Under the pieces are notes generated by a model. That model did no database searches, was not told the origin of the DNA, and was given only the letters and a program-made list of their open reading frames with translations. Of a stretch of 64,000 nucleotides of DNA, positions 1 to 14,900 are shown in pieces. Positions within the stretch are counted from its first letter, which is position 1, and the number at the start of each line of letters is the position of its first letter. The stretch is from Eledone cirrhosa (lineage: Eukaryota): the NCBI GenBank assembly GCA_964016885.1, contig OZ024758.1, forward strand, positions 34,472,001 through 34,536,000, given 5' to 3'. Both the position numbers and the translations under genes were made by a program.

Positions 1-2900
1 TAAGTTCATGGTATTAGCTGTCAGAAGTCACTCCACTGTTGGTGAGAATTCATTTAAGTTCATGGTACTAGCTGTCAGAAGTAACCCCAATGTTGGTGAG
101 AATTCATTTAAGTTCATGGTATTAGCTGTCAGAAGTCACTCCAGTGTTGGTGAGAATTCATTTAAGTTCATGGTATTAGCTGTCAGAAGTAACTCCACTG
201 TTGGTGAGAATTCATTTAAGTTCATGGTATTAGCTGTCAGAAGTAACTCCACTGTTGGTGAGAATTCATTTAAGTTCATGGTATTAGCTGTCAGAAGGAA
301 CTCCAATGTTGGTGAGAATTCATTTAAGTCATGGTTCTAGCTGTCAGAAGTAACTCCACTGTTAGTGAGAATTCATTTAAGTCATGGTACTAGCTGTCAG
401 AAGTAACTCCACTGTTGGTGAGAATTCATTTAAGTTCATGGTATTAGCTGTCAGAAGGAACGCCACTGTTGGTGAGAATACATTTAAGTTCATGGTATTA
501 GCTGTCAGAAGTAACTCCACTGTTGGTGAGAATTCATTTAAGTTCATGGTATTAGCTGTCAGAAGGAACTCCACTGTTGGTGAGAATTCATTTAAGTTCA
601 TGGTATTAGCTGTCAGAAGTAACTCCACTGTTGGTGAGAATTCATTTAAGTTCATGGTACTAGTTGTCAGAAGTAACTCCACTGTTGGTGAGAATTCATT
701 TAAGTTCATGGTATTAGTTGTCAGAAGTAACTCCACTGTTGGTGAGAATTCATTTAAGTCATGGTATTAGTTGTCAGAAGTAACTCCAATGTTGGTGAGA
801 ATTCATTTAAGTTCATGGTACTAGCTGTCAGAAGTAACTCCACTGTTGGTGAGAATTCATTTAAGTTCATGGTATTAGCTGTCAGAAGTAACTCCACTGT
901 TGGTGAGAATTCATTTAAGTCATGGTACTAGCTGTCAGAAGTAACTCCACTGTTGGTGAGAAGTCATTTAAGTTCATGGTATTAGCTGTCAGAAGGAACT
1001 CCACTGTTGGTGAGAATTCATTTAAGTTCATGGTATTAGTTTGTCAGAAGTAACTCCACTGTTGGTGAGAATTCATTTAAGTCATGGTATTAGCTGTCAG
1101 AAGTAACTCCAATGTTGGTGAGAATTCATTTAAGTTCATGGTATTAGCTGTCAGAAGTAACTCCACTGTTGGTGAGAATTCATTTAAGTTCATGGTATTA
1201 GCTGTCAGAAGTAACTCCACTGTTGGTGAGAATTCATTTAAGTTCATGGTATTAGCTGTCAGAAGTCACTCCACTGTTGGTGAGAATTCATTTAAGTTCA
1301 TGGTACTAGCTGTCAGAAGTAACCCCAATGTTGGTGAGAATTCATTTAAGTTCATGGTATTAGCTGTCAGAAGTCACTCCAGTGTTGGTGAGAATTCATT
1401 TAAGTTCATGGTATTAGCTGTCAGAAGTAACTCCACTGTTGGTGAGAATTCATTTAAGTTCATGGTATTAGCTGTCAGAAGTAACTCCACTGTTGGTGAG
1501 AATTCATTTAAGTTCATGGTATTAGCTGTCAGAAGGAACTCCAATGTTGGTGAGAATTCATTTAAGTCATGGTACTAGCTGTCAGAAGTAACTCCACTGT
1601 TAGTGAGAATTCATTTAAGTTCATGGTATTAGCTGTCAGAAGGAACTCCACTGTTGGTGAGAATTCATTTAAGTTCATGGTATTAGCTGTCAGAAGGAAC
1701 TCCAATGTTGGTGAGAATACATTTAAGTCATGGTACTAGCTGTCAGAAGTAAATCCACTGTTGGTGAGAATTCATTTAAGTTCATGGTATTAGCTGTCAG
1801 AAGTAACTCCACTGTTGGTGAGAATTCATTTAAGTTCATGGTATTAGCTGTCAGAAGTAACACCACTGTTGGTGAGAATTCATTTAAGTTCATGGTATTA
1901 GCTGTCAGAAGGAACTCCAATGTTGGTGAGAATTCATTTAAGTCATGGTACTAGCTGTCAGAAGTAACTCCACTGTTAGTGAGAATTCATTTAAGTTCAT
2001 GGTATTAGCTGTCAGAAGGAACGCCACTGTTGGTGAGAATTCATTTAAGTTCATGGTATTAGCTGTCAGAAGGAACTCCAATGTTGGTGAGAATTCATTT
2101 AAGTCATGGTACTAGCTGTCAGAAGTAACTCCACTGTTGGTGAGAATTCATTTAAGTTCATGGTATTAGCTGTCAGAAGGAACGCCACTGTTGGTGAGAA
2201 TACATTTAAGTTCATGGTATTAGCTGTCAGAAGTAACTCCACTGTTGGTGAGAATTCATTTAAGTTCATGGTATTAGCTGTCAGAAGGAACTCCACTGTT
2301 GGTGAGAATTCATTTAAGTTCATGGTATTAGCTGTCAGAAGTAACTCCACTGTTGGTGAGAATTCATTTAAGTTCAGAGTACTAGTTGTCAGAAGTAACT
2401 CCACTGTTGGTGAGAATTCATTTAAGTTCATGGTATTAGTTGTCAGAAGTAACTCCACTGTTGGTGAGAATTCATTTAAGTCATGGTATTAGTTGTCAGA
2501 AGTAACTCCAATGTTGGTGAGAATTCATTTAAGTTCATGGTACTAGCTGTCAGAAGTAACTCCACTGTTGGTGAGAATTCATTTAAGTTCATGGTATTAG
2601 CTGTCAGAAGTAACTCCACTGTTGGTGAGAATTCATTTAAGTCATGGTATTAGCTGTCAGAAGTAACTCCATTGTTGGTGAGAATTCATTTAAGTCATGG
2701 TACTAGCTGTCAGAAGTAACTCCACTGTTGGTGAGAAGTCATTTAAGTTCATGGTATTAGCTGTCAGAAGGAACTCCACTGTTGGTGAGAATTCATTTAA
2801 GTTCATGGTACTAGCTGTCAGAAGTAACTCCACTGTTGGTGAGAATTCATTTAAGTTCATGGTATTAGTTTGTCAGAAGTAACTCCACTGTTGGTCAGAA
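1..2900. repeat. Left-flank local duplications (offsets 1238 and 1722 bp)
   Basis: CCAGTGTTGG occurs at 141 and 1379 (offset 1238). GGTGAGAATAC occurs at 471 and 2193 (offset 1722), and ORFs 384..770 and 2106..2492 are nearly identical. GAGAAGTCATT occurs at 958 and 2733. Confidence 0.85.
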
Positions 2901-5339
2901 TTCATTTAAGTCATGGTATTAGCTGTCAGAAGTAACTCCAATGTTGGTGAGAATTCATTTAAGTTCATGGTATTAGCTGTCAGAAGTAACTCCACTGTTG
3001 GTGAGAATTCATTTAAGTTCATGGTATTAGCTGTCAGAAGTAACTCCACTGTTGGTGAGAATTCATTTAAGTTCATGGTACTAGCTGTCAGAAGTAACTC
3101 CACTGTTGGTGAGAATTCATTTAAGTTCATGGTATTAGCTGTCAGAAGTAACTCCAATGTTGGTGAGAATTCATTTAAGTTCATGGTATTAGCTGTCAGA
3201 AGTAACTCCACTGTTGGTGAGAATTCATTTAAGTTCATGGTATTAGCTGTCAGAAGTAACTCCACTGTTGGTGGGAATTCATTTAAGTTCATGGTACTAG
3301 CTGTCAGAAGTAACTCCACTGTTGGTGAGAATTCATTTAAGTTCATGGTATTAGTTTGTCAGAAGTAACTCCACTGTTGGTGAGAATTCATTTAAGTCAT
3401 GGTATTAGTTGTCAGAAGTAACTCCAATGTTGGTGAGAATTCATTTAAGTTCATGGTACTAGCTGTCAGAAGTAACTCCACTGTTGGTGAGAATTCATTT
3501 AAGTTCAAGGTATTAGCTGTCAGAAGTAACTCCACTGTTGGTGAGAATTCATTTAAGTCGTGGTATTAGCTGTCAGAAGTAACTCCATTGTTGGTGAGAA
3601 TTCATTTAAGTCATTGTACTAGCTGTCAGAAGTAACTCCACTGTTGGTGAGAATTCATTTAAGTTCATGGTACTAGCTGTCAGAAGTAACTCCAATGTTG
3701 GTGAGAATTCATTTAAGTTCACGGTATTAGCTGTCAGAAGTAACTCCACTGTTGGTGAGAATTCATTTAAGTTCATGGTACTAGCTGTCAGAAGTAACTC
3801 CACTGTTGGTGAGAATTCATTTAAGTTCATGGTATTAGCTGTCAGAAGTCACTCCAATGTTGGTGAGAATTCATTTAAGTTCATGGTATTAGCTGTCAGA
3901 AGTCACTCCACTGTTGGTGAGAATTCATTTAAGTTCATGGTACTAGCTGTCAGAAGTAACCCCAATGTTGGTGAGAATTCATTTAAGTTCATGGTATTAG
4001 CTGTCAGAAGTCACTCCACTGTTGGTGAGAATTCATTTAAGTTCATGGTACTAGCTGTCAGAAGTAACCCCAATGTTGGTGAGAATTCATTTAAGTTCAT
4101 GGTATTAGCTGTCAGAAGTCACTCCAATGTTGGTGAGAATTCATTTAAGTTCATGGTATTAGCTGTCAGAAGTAACTCCACTGTTGGTGAGAATTCATTT
4201 AAGTTCATGGTATTAGCTGTCAGAAGTAACTCCACTGTTGGTGAGAATTCATTTAAGTTCATGGTATTAGCTGTCAGAAGTAACTCCACTGTTGGTGAGA
4301 ATTCATTTAAGTTCATGGTATTAGCTGTCAGAAGGAACTCCAATGTTGGTGAGAATTCATTTAAGTCATGGTACTAGCTGTCAGAAGTAACTCCACTGTT
4401 GGTGAGAATTCATTTAAGTTCATGGTATTAGCTGACAGAAGGAACGCCACTGTTGGTGAGAATTCATTTAAGTTCATGGTATTAGCTGTCAGAAGTAACT
4501 CCACTGTTGGTGAGAATTCATTTAAGTTCATGGTACTAGCTGTCAGAAGTAACTCCAATGTTGGTGAGAATTCAATTAAGTTCATGGTATTAGCTGTCAG
4601 AAGGAACTCCACTGTTGCTGAGAATTCATTTAAGTTCATGGTATTAGCTGTCAGAAGTAACTCCACTGTTGGTGAGAATTCATTTAAGTTCATGGTACTA
4701 GCTGTCAGAAGTAACTCCACTGTTGGTGAGAATTCATTTAAGTTCATGGTATTAGCTGTCAGAAGTCACTCCAATGTTGGTGAGAATTCATTTAAGTTCA
4801 TGGTATTAGCTGTCAGAAGTCACTCCACTGTTGGTGAGAATTCATTTAAGTTCATGGTACTAGCTGTCCGAAGTAACCCCAATGTTGGTGAGAATTCATT
4901 TAAGTTCATGGTATTAGCTGTCAGAAGTCACTCCAATGTTGGTGAGAATTCATTTAAGTTCATGGTATTAGCTGTCAGAAGTAACTCCACTGTTGGTGAG
5001 AATTCATTTAAGTTCATGGTATTAGCTGTCAGAAGTAACTCCACTGTTGGTGAGAATTCATTTAAGTTCATGGTACTAGCTGTCAGAAGTAACTCCACTG
5101 TTGGTGAGAATTCATTTAAGTTCATGGTATTAGTTTGTCAGAAGTAACTCCACTGTTGGTGAGAATTCATTTAAGTCATGGTATTAGTTGTCAGAAGTAA
5201 CTCCAATGTTGGTGAGAATTCATTTAAGCCATGGTACTAGCTGTCAGAATTAACTCCAATGTTGGTGAGAGTTCATTTAAGTCATGGTATTAGCTGTCAG
5301 AAGTAACTCCAATGTTGGTGAGAATTCATTTAAGTTCAT

Positions 5340-8300
5340 GGTATTAGCTGTCAGAAGTAACGCCACAGTTGGTGAGAATTCATTTAAGTTCATGGTATTA
5401 GCTGTCAGAAGTAACTCCACTGTTGGTGAGAATTCATTTAAGTTCATGGTACTAGCTGTCAGAAGTAACTCCACTGTTGGTGAGAATTCATTTAAGTTCA
5501 TGGTATTAGTTTGTCAGAAGTAACTCCACTGTTGGTGAGAATTCATTTAAGTCATGGTATTAGTTGTCAGAAGTAACTCCAATGTTGGTGAGAATTCATT
5601 TAAGTTCATGGTATTAGCTGTCAGAAGGAACTCCACTGTTGGTGAGAATTCATTTAAGTTCAATGGTATTAGCTGTCAGAAGGAACTCCAATGTTGGTGA
5701 GAATTCATTTAAGTCATGGTACTAGCTGTCAGAAGTAACTCCACTGTTGGTGAGAATTCATTTAAGTTCATGGTATTAGCTGTCAGAAGGAACTCCACTG
5801 TTGGTGAGAATTCATTTAAGTTCATGGTACTAGCTGTCAGAAGTAACTCCACTGTTGGTGAGAATTCATTTAAGTTCATGGTATTAGTTTGTCAGAAGTA
5901 ACTCCACTGTTGGTGAGAATTCATTTAAGTCATGGTATTAGTTGTCAGAAGTAACTCCAATGTTGGTGAGAATTCATTTAAGCCATGGTACTAGCTGTCA
6001 GAAGTAACTCCACTGTTGGTGAGAATTCATTTAAGTTCATGGTACTAGCTGTCAGAAGTAACTCCACTGTTGGTGAGAATTCATTTAAGTTCATGGTATT
6101 AGTTTGTCAGAAGTAACTCCACTGATGGTGAGAATTCATTTAAGTCATGGTATTAGTTGTCAGAAGTAACTCCAATGTTGGTGAGAATTCATTTAAGTTC
6201 ATGGTACTAGCTGTCAGAAGTAACTCCACTGTTGGTGAGAATTCATTTAAGTCATGGTATTAGCTGTCAGAAGTAACTCCAATGTTGGTGAGAATTCATT
6301 TAAGTTCATGGTATTAGCTGTCAGAAGTAACTCCGCTGTTGGTGAGAATTCATTTAAGTTCATGGTATTAGCTGTCAGAAGTAACTCCACTGTTGGTGAG
6401 AATTCATTTAGGTTCATGGTATTAGCTGTCAGAAGTAACTCCACTGTTGGTGAGAATTCATTTAAGTTCATGGTATTAGCTGTCAGAAGGAACTCCAATG
6501 TTGGTGAGAATTCATTTAAGTCATGGTACTAGCTGTCAGAAGTAACTCCACTGTTGGTGAGAATTCATTTAAGTTCATGGTATTAGCTGTCAGAAGGAAC
6601 GCCACTGTTGGTGAGAATTCATTTAAGTTCATGGTATTAGCTGTCAGAAGGAACTCCACTGTTGCTGAGAATTCATTTAAGTTCATGGTATTAGCTCTCA
6701 GAAGTAACTCCACTGTTGGTGAGAATTCATTTAAGTTCATGGTACTAGCTGTCAGAAGTAACTCCACTGTTGGTGAGAATTCATTTAAGTTCATGGTATT
6801 AGCTGTCAGAAGTCACTCCAATGTTGGTGAGAATTCATTTAGGTTCATGGTATTAGCTGTCAGAAGTCACTCCACTGTTGGTGAGAATTCATTTAAGTTC
6901 ATGGTACTAGCTGTCCGAAGTAACCCCAATGTTGGTGAGAATTCATTTAAGTTCATGGTATTAGCTGTCAGAAGTCACTCCAATGTTGGTGAGAATTCAT
7001 TTAAGTTCATGGTATTAGCTGTCAGAAGTAACTCCACTGTTGGTGAGAATTCATTTAAGTTCATGGTATTAGCTGTCAGAAGTAACTCCAATGTTGGTGA
7101 GAATTTATTTAAGTTCATGGTATTAGCTGTCAGAAGTCACTCCACTGTTGGTGAGAATTCATTTAAGTTCATGGTACTAGCTGTCAGAAGTAACCCCAAT
7201 GTTGGTGAGAATTCATTTAAGTTCATGGTATTAGCTGTCAGAAGTCACTCCAATGTTGGTGAGAATTCATTTAAGTTCATGGTATTAGCTGTCAGAAGTA
7301 ACTCCACTGTTGGTGAGAATTCATTTAAGTTCATGGTATTAGCTGTCAGAAGTAACTCCACTGTTGGTGAGAATTCATTTAAGTTCATGGTATTAGCTGT
7401 CAGAAGTAACTCCACTGTTGGTGAGAATTCATTTAAGTTCATGGTATTAGCTGTTAGATGGAACTCCAATGTTGGTGAGAATTCATTTAAGTCATGGTAC
7501 TAGCTGTCAGAAGTAACTCCACTGTTGGTGAGAATTCATTTAAGTTCATGGTATTAGCTGTCAGAAGTCACTCCACTGTTGGTGAGAATTCATTAAATTC
7601 ATGGTACTAGCTGTCAGAAGTAACTCCAACGTTGGTGAGAATTCATTTAAGTTCATGGTATTAGCTGTCAGAAGTCACTCCAATGTTGGTGAGAATTCAT
7701 TTAAGTTCATGGTATTAGCTGTCAGAAGTAACTCCACTGTTGGTGAGAATTCATTTAAGTTCATGGTATTAGCTGTCAGAAGTAACTCCACTGTTGGTGA
7801 GAATTCATTTAAGTTCATGGTATTAGCTGTCAGAAGGAACTCCAACGTTGGTGAGAATTCATTTAAGTTCATGGTACTAGCTGTCAGAAGTAACTCCACT
7901 GTTGGTGAGAATTCATTTAAGTTCATGGTACTAGCTGTCAGAAGTAACTCCACTGTTGGTGAGAATTCATTTAAGTTCATGGTATTAGTTTGTCAGAAGT
8001 AACTCCACTGATGGTGAGAATTCATTTAAGTCATGGTATTAGTTGTCAGAAGTAACTCCAATGTTGGTGAGAATTCATTTAAGTTCATGGTACTAGCTGT
8101 CAGAAGTAACTCCACTGTTGGTGAGAATTCATTTAAGTCATGGTATTAGCTGTCAGAAGTAACTCCAATGTTGGTGAGAATTCATTTAAGTTCATGGTAT
8201 TAGCTGTCAGAAGTCACTCCAATGTTGGTGAGAATTCATTTAAGTTCATGGTATTAGCTGTCAGAAGTAACTCCACTGTTGGTGAGAATTCATTTAAGTT

Positions 8301-11300
8301 CATGGTATTAGCTGTCAGAAGTAACTCCACTGTTGGTGAGAATTCATTTAAGTTCATGGTATTAGCTGTCAGAAGTAACTCCACTGTTGGTGAGAATTCA
8401 TTTAAGTTCATGGTATTAGCTGTCAGAAGGAACTCCAATGTTGGTGAGAATTCATTTAAGTCATGGTACTAGCTGTCAGAAGTAACTCCACTGTTGGTGA
8501 GAATTCATTTAAGTTCATGGTATTAGCTGACAGAAGGAACGCCACTGTTGGTGAGAATTCATTTAAGTTCATGGTATTAGCTGTCAGAAGTAACTCCACT
8601 GTTGGTGAGAATTCATTTAAGTTCATGGTACTAGCTGTCAGAAGTAACTCCAATGTTTGTGAGAATTCATTTAAGTTCATGGTATTAGCTGTCAGAAGGA
8701 ACTCCACTGTTGCTGAGAATTCATTTAAGTTCATGGTATTAGCTGTCAGAAGTAACTCCACTGTTGGTGAGAATTCATTTAAGTTCATGGTATTAGCTGT
8801 CAGAAGTCACTCCAATGTTGGTGAGAATTCATTTAAGTTCATGGTATTAGCTGTCAGAAGTCACTCCACTGTTGGTGAGAATTCATTTAAGTTCATGGTA
8901 CTAGCTGTCCGAAGTAACCCCAACGTTGGTGAGAATTCATTTAAGTTCATGGTATTAGCTGTCAGAAGTCACTCCAATGTTGGTGAGAATTCATTTAAGT
9001 TCATGGTATTAGCTGTCAGAAGTAACTCCACTGTTGGTGAGAATTCATTTAAGTTCATGGTATTAGCTGTCAGAAGTAACTCCACTGTTGGTGAGAATTC
9101 ATTTAAGTTCATGGTATTAGCTGTCAGAAGGAACTCCACTGTTGGTGAGAATTCATTTAAGTCATGGTACTAGCTGTCAGAAGTAACTCCACTGTTGGTG
9201 AGAATTCATTTAAGTTCATGGTATTAGCTGTCAGAAGTCACTCCACTGTTGGTGAGAATTCATTTAAGTTCATGGTACTAGCTGTCAGAAGTAACTCCAA
9301 CGTTGGTGAGAATTCATTTAAGTTCATGGTATTAGCTGTCAGAAGTCACTCCAATGTTGGTGAGAATTCATTTAAGTTCATGGTATTAGCTGTCAGAAGT
9401 AACTCCACTGTTGGTGAGAATTCATTTAAGTTCATGGTATTAGCTGTCAGAAGTAACTCCACTGTTGGTGAGAATTCATTTAAGTTCATGGTATTAGCTG
9501 TCAGAAGGAACTCCAACGTTGGTGAGAATTCATTTAAGTTCATGGTACTAGCTGTCAGAAGTAACTCCACTGTTGGTGAGAATTCATTTAAGTTCATGGT
9601 ACTAGCTGTCAGAAGTAACTCCACTGTTGGTGAGAATTCATTTAAGTTCATGGTATTAGTTTGTCAGAAGTAACTCCACTGATGGTGAGAATTCATTTAA
9701 GTCATGGTATTAGTTGTCAGAAGTAACTCCAATGTTGGTGAGAATTCATTTAAGTTCATGGTACTAGCTGTCAGAAGTAACTCCACTGTTGGTGAGAATT
9801 CATTTAAGTCATGGTATTAGCTGTCAGAAGTAACTCCAATGTTGGTGAGAATTCATTTAAGTTCATGGTATTAGCTGTCAGAAGTCACTCCAATGTTGGT
9901 GAGAATTCATTTAAGTTCATGGTATTAGCTGTCAGAAGTAACTCCACTGTTGGTGAGAATTCATTTAAGTTCATGGTATTAGCTGTCAGAAGTAACTCCA
10001 CTGTTGGTGAGAATTCATTTAAGTTCATGGTATTAGCTGTTAGATGTAACTCCACTGTTGGTGAGAATTCATTTAAGTTCATGGTATTAGCTGTCAGAAG
10101 GAACTCCAATGTTGGTGAGAATTCATTTAAGTCATGGTACTAGCTGTCAGAAGTAACTCCACTGTTGGTGAGAATTCATTTAAGTTCATGGTATTAGCTG
10201 ACAGAAGGAACGCCACTGTTGGTGAGAATTCATTTAAGTTCATGGTATTAGCTGTCAGAAGTAACTCCACTGTTGGTGAGAATTCATTTAAGTTCATGGT
10301 ACTAGCTGTCAGAAGTAACTCCAATGTTGGTGAGAATTCATTTAAGTTCATGGTATTAGCTGTCAGAAGTAACGCCACAGTTGGTGAGAATTCATTTAAG
10401 TTCATGGTATTAGCTGTCAGAAGTAACTCCACTGTTGGTGAGAATTCATTTAAGTTCATGGTACTAGCTGTCAGAAGTAACTCCACTGTTGGTGAGAATT
10501 CATTTAAGTTCATGGTATTAGTTTGTCAGAAGTAACTCCACTGTTGGTGAGAATTCATTTAAGTCATGGTATTAGTTGTCAGAAGTAACTCCAATGTTGG
10601 TGAGAATTCATTTAAGTTCATGGTATTAGCTGTCAGAAGGAACTCCACTGTTGGTGAGAATTCATTTAAGTTCATGGTATTAGCTGTCAGAAGGAACTCC
10701 AATGTTGGTGAGAATTCATTTAAGTCATGGTACTAGCTGTCAGAAGTAACTCCACTGTTGGTGAGAATTCATTTAAGTTCATGGTATTAGCTGTCAGAAG
10801 GAACTCCACTGTTGGTGAGAATTCATTTAAGTTCATGGTACTAGCTGTCAGAAGTAACTCCACTGTTGGTGAGAATTCATTTAAGTTCATGGTATTAGTT
10901 TGTCAGAAGTAACTCCACTGTTGGTGAGAATTCATTTAAGTCATGGTATTAGTTGTCAGAAGTAACTCCAATGTTGGTGAGAATTCATTTAAGCCATGGT
11001 ACTAGCTGTCAGAAGTAACTCCACTGTTGGTGAGAATTCATTTAAGTTCATGGTACTAGCTGTCAGAAGTAACTCCACTGTTGGTGAGAATTCATTTAAG
11101 TTCATGGTATTAGTTTGTCAGAAGTAACTCCACTGATGGTGAGAATTCATTTAAGTCATGGTATTAGTTGTCAGAAGTAACTCCAATGTTGGTGAGAATT
11201 CATTTAAGTTCATGGTACTAGCTGTCAGAAGTAACTCCACTGTTGGTGAGAATTCATTTAAGTCATGGTATTAGCTGTCAGAAGTAACTCCAATGTTGGT

Positions 11301-11900
11301 GAGAATTCATTTAAGTTCATGGTATTAGCTGTCAGAAGTAACTCCGCTGTTGGTGAGAATTCATTTAAGTTCATGGTATTAGCTGTCAGAAGTAACTCCA
11401 CTGTTGGTGAGAATTCATTTAGGTTCATGGTATTAGCTGTCAGAAGTAACTCCACTGTTGGTGAGAATTCATTTAAGTTCATGGTATTAGCTGTCAGAAG
11501 GAACTCCAATGTTGGTGAGAATTCATTTAAGTCATGGTACTAGCTGTCAGAAGTAACTCCACTGTTGGTGAGAATTCATTTAAGTTCATGGTATTAGCTG
11601 TCAGAAGGAACGCCACTGTTGGTGAGAATTCATTTAAGTTCATGGTATTAGCTGTCAGAAGGAACTCCACTGTTGCTGAGAATTCATTTAAGTTCATGGT
11701 ATTAGCTCTCAGAAGTAACTCCACTGTTGGTGAGAATTCATTTAAGTTCATGGTACTAGCTGTCAGAAGTAACTCCACTGTTGGTGAGAATTCATTTAAG
11801 TTCATGGTATTAGCTGTCAGAAGTCACTCCAATGTTGGTGAGAATTCATTTAGGTTCATGGTATTAGCTGTCAGAAGTCACTCCACTGTTGGTGAGAATT
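5340..11900. repeat. Segmental duplication, offset 5011-5012 bp (about 5340-6890 copied at about 10350-11900)
   Basis: AACGCCACAG occurs at 5359 and 10371, and CTCCGCT at 6331 and 11342. ORF start pairs are 5716/10727, 6254/11265 and 6523/11534. A 1-bp insertion at about 5661 accounts for the shift from 5012 to 5011. Confidence 0.88.
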
Positions 11901-14900
11901 CATTTAAGTTCATGGTATTAGCTGTCAGAAGTAACTCCACTGTTGGTGAGAATTCATTTATGTTCATGGTATTAGTTTGTCAGAAGTAACTCCACTGTTG
12001 GTGAGAATTCATTTAAGTTCATGGTACTAGCTGTCAGAAGTAACTCCACTGTTGGTGAGAATTCATTTAAGTTCATGGTATTAGCTGTCAGAAGTCACTC
12101 CAATGTTGGTGAGAATTCATTTAGGTTCATGGTATTAGCTGTCAGAAGTCACTCCACTGTTGGTGAGAATTCATTTAAGTTCATGGTACTAGCTGTCCGA
12201 AGTAACCCCAATGTTGGTGAGAATTCATTTAAGTTCATGGTATTAGCTGTCAGAAGTAACTCCACTGTTGGTGAGAATTCATTTAAGTGCATGGTATTAG
12301 CTGTCAGAAGTAACTCCACTGTTGGTGAGAATTCATTTAAGTGCATGGTATTAGCTGTCAGAAGTAACTCCAATGTTGGTGAGAATTTATTTAAGTTCAT
12401 GGTATTAGCTGTCAGAAGTCACTCCACTGTTGGTGAGAATTCATTTAAGTTCATGGTACTAGCTGTCAGAAGTAACCCCAATGTTGGTGAGAATTCATTT
12501 AAGTTCATGGTATTAGCTGTCAGAAGTCACTCCAATGTTGGTGAGAATTCATTTAAGTTCATGGTATTAGCTGTCAGAAGTAACTCCACTGTTGGTGAGA
12601 ATTCATTTAAGTTCATGGTATTAGCTGTCAGAAGTAACTCCACTGTTGGTGAGAATTCATTTAAGTTCATGGTATTAGCTGTCAGAAGTAACTCCACTGT
12701 TGGTGAGAATTCATTTAAGTTCATGGTATTAGCTGTTAGATGGAACTCCAATGTTGGTGAGAATTCATTTAAGTCATGGTACTAGCTGTCAGAAGTAACT
12801 CCACTGTTGGTGAGAATTCATTTAAGTTCATGGTATTAGCTGTCAGAAGTCACTCCACTGTTGGTGAGAATTCATTTAAGTTCATGGTACTAGCTGTCAG
12901 AAGTAACTCCAACGTTGGTGAGAATTCATTTAAGTTCATGGTATTAGCTGTCAGAAGTCACTCCAATGTTGGTGAGAATTCATTTAAGTTCATGGTATTA
13001 GCTGTCAGAAGTAACTCCACTGTTGGTGAGAATTCATTTAAGTTCATGGTATTAGCTGTCAGAAGTAACTCCACTGTTGGTGAGAATTCATTTAAGTTCA
13101 TGGTATTAGCTGTCAGAAGGAACTCCAACGTTGGTGAGAATTCATTTAAGTTCATGGTACTAGCTGTCAGAAGTAACTCCACTGTTGGTGAGAATTCATT
13201 TAAGTTCATGGTACTAGCTGTCAGAAGTAACTCCACTGTTGGTGAGAATTCATTTAAGTTCATGGTATTAGTTTGTCAGAAGTAACTCCACTGATGGTGA
13301 GAATTCATATAAGTCATGGTATTAGTTGTCAGAAGTAACTCCAATGTTGGTGAGAATTCATTTAAGTTCATGGTACTAGCTGTCAGAAGTAACTCCACTG
13401 TTGGTGAGAATTCATTTAAGTCATGGTATTAGCTGTCAGAAGTAACTCCAATGTTGGTGAGAATTCATTTAAGTTCATGGTATTAGCTGTCAGAAGTCAC
13501 TCCAATGTTGGTGAGAATTCATTTAAGTTCATGGTATTAGCTGTCAGAAGTAACTCCACTGTTGGTGAGAATTCATTTAAGTTCATGGTATTAGCTGTCA
13601 GAAGTAACTCCACTGTTGGTGAGAATTCATTTAAGTTCATGGTATTAGCTGTCAGAAGTAACTCCACTGTTGGTGAGAATTCATTTAAGTTCATGGTATT
13701 AGCTGTCAGAAGGAACTCCAATGTTGGTGAGAATTCATTTAAGTCATGGTACTAGCTGTCAGAAGTAACTCCACTGTTGGTGAGAATTCATTTAAGTTCA
13801 TGGTATTAGCTGACAGAAGGAACGCCACTGTTGGTGAGAATTCATTTAAGTTCATGGTATTAGCTGTCAGAAGTAACTCCACTGTTGGTGAGAATTCATT
13901 TAAGTTCATGGTACTAGCTGTCAGAAGTAACTCCAATGTTGGTGAGAATTCATTTAAGTTCATGGTATTAGCTGTCAGAAGGAACTCCACTGTTGCTGAG
14001 AATTCATTTAAGTTCATGGTATTAGCTGTCAGAAGTAACTCCACTGTTGGTGAGAATTCATTTAAGTTCATGGTATTAGCTGTCAGAAGTAACTCCACTG
14101 TTGGTGAGAATTCATTTAAGTTCATGGTATTAGCTGTCAGAAGGAACGCCACTGTTGGTGAGAATTCATTTAAGTTCATGGTATTAGCTGTCAGAAGGAA
14201 CTCCACTGTTGCTGAGAATTCATTTAAGTTCATGGTATTAGCTCTCAGAAGTAACTCCACTGTTGGTGAGAATTCATTTAAGTTCATGGTACTAGCTGTC
14301 AGAAGTAACTCCACTGTTGGTGAGAATTCATTTAAGTTCATGGTATTAGCTGTCAGAAGTCACTCCAATGTTGGTGAGAATTCATTTAGGTTCATGGTAT
14401 TAGCTGTCAGAAGTCACTCCACTGTTGGTGAGAATTCATTTAAGTTCATGGTATTAGCTGTCAGAAGTAACTCCACTGTTGGTGAGAATTCATTTATGTT
14501 CATGGTATTAGTTTGTCAGAAGTAACTCCACTGTTGGTGAGAATTCATTTAAGTTCATGGTACTAGCTGTCAGAAGTAACTCCACTGTTGGTGAGAATTC
14601 ATTTAAGTTCATGGTATTAGCTGTCAGAAGTCACTCCAATGTTGGTGAGAATTCATTTAGGTTCATGGTATTAGCTGTCAGAAGTCACTCCACTGTTGGT
14701 GAGAATTCATTTAAGTTCATGGTACTAGCTGTCCGAAGTAACCCCAATGTTGGTGAGAATTCATTTAAGTTCATGGTATTAGCTGTCAGAAGTCACTCCA
14801 ATGTTGGTGAGAATTCATTTAAGTTCATGGTATTAGCTGTCAGAAGTAACTCCACTGTTGGTGAGAATTCATTTAAGTGCATGGTATTAGCTGTCAGAAG

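Noticed and set aside
5655-7600. Private indels TTCAATGG (about 5661) and CATTAAATTC (7591-7600) as meaningful variants
   Set aside because: They are singletons absent from paralogous copies (about 10672, and about 9261/12873) and sit in short homopolymers, so they cannot be distinguished from sequencing or consensus errors.
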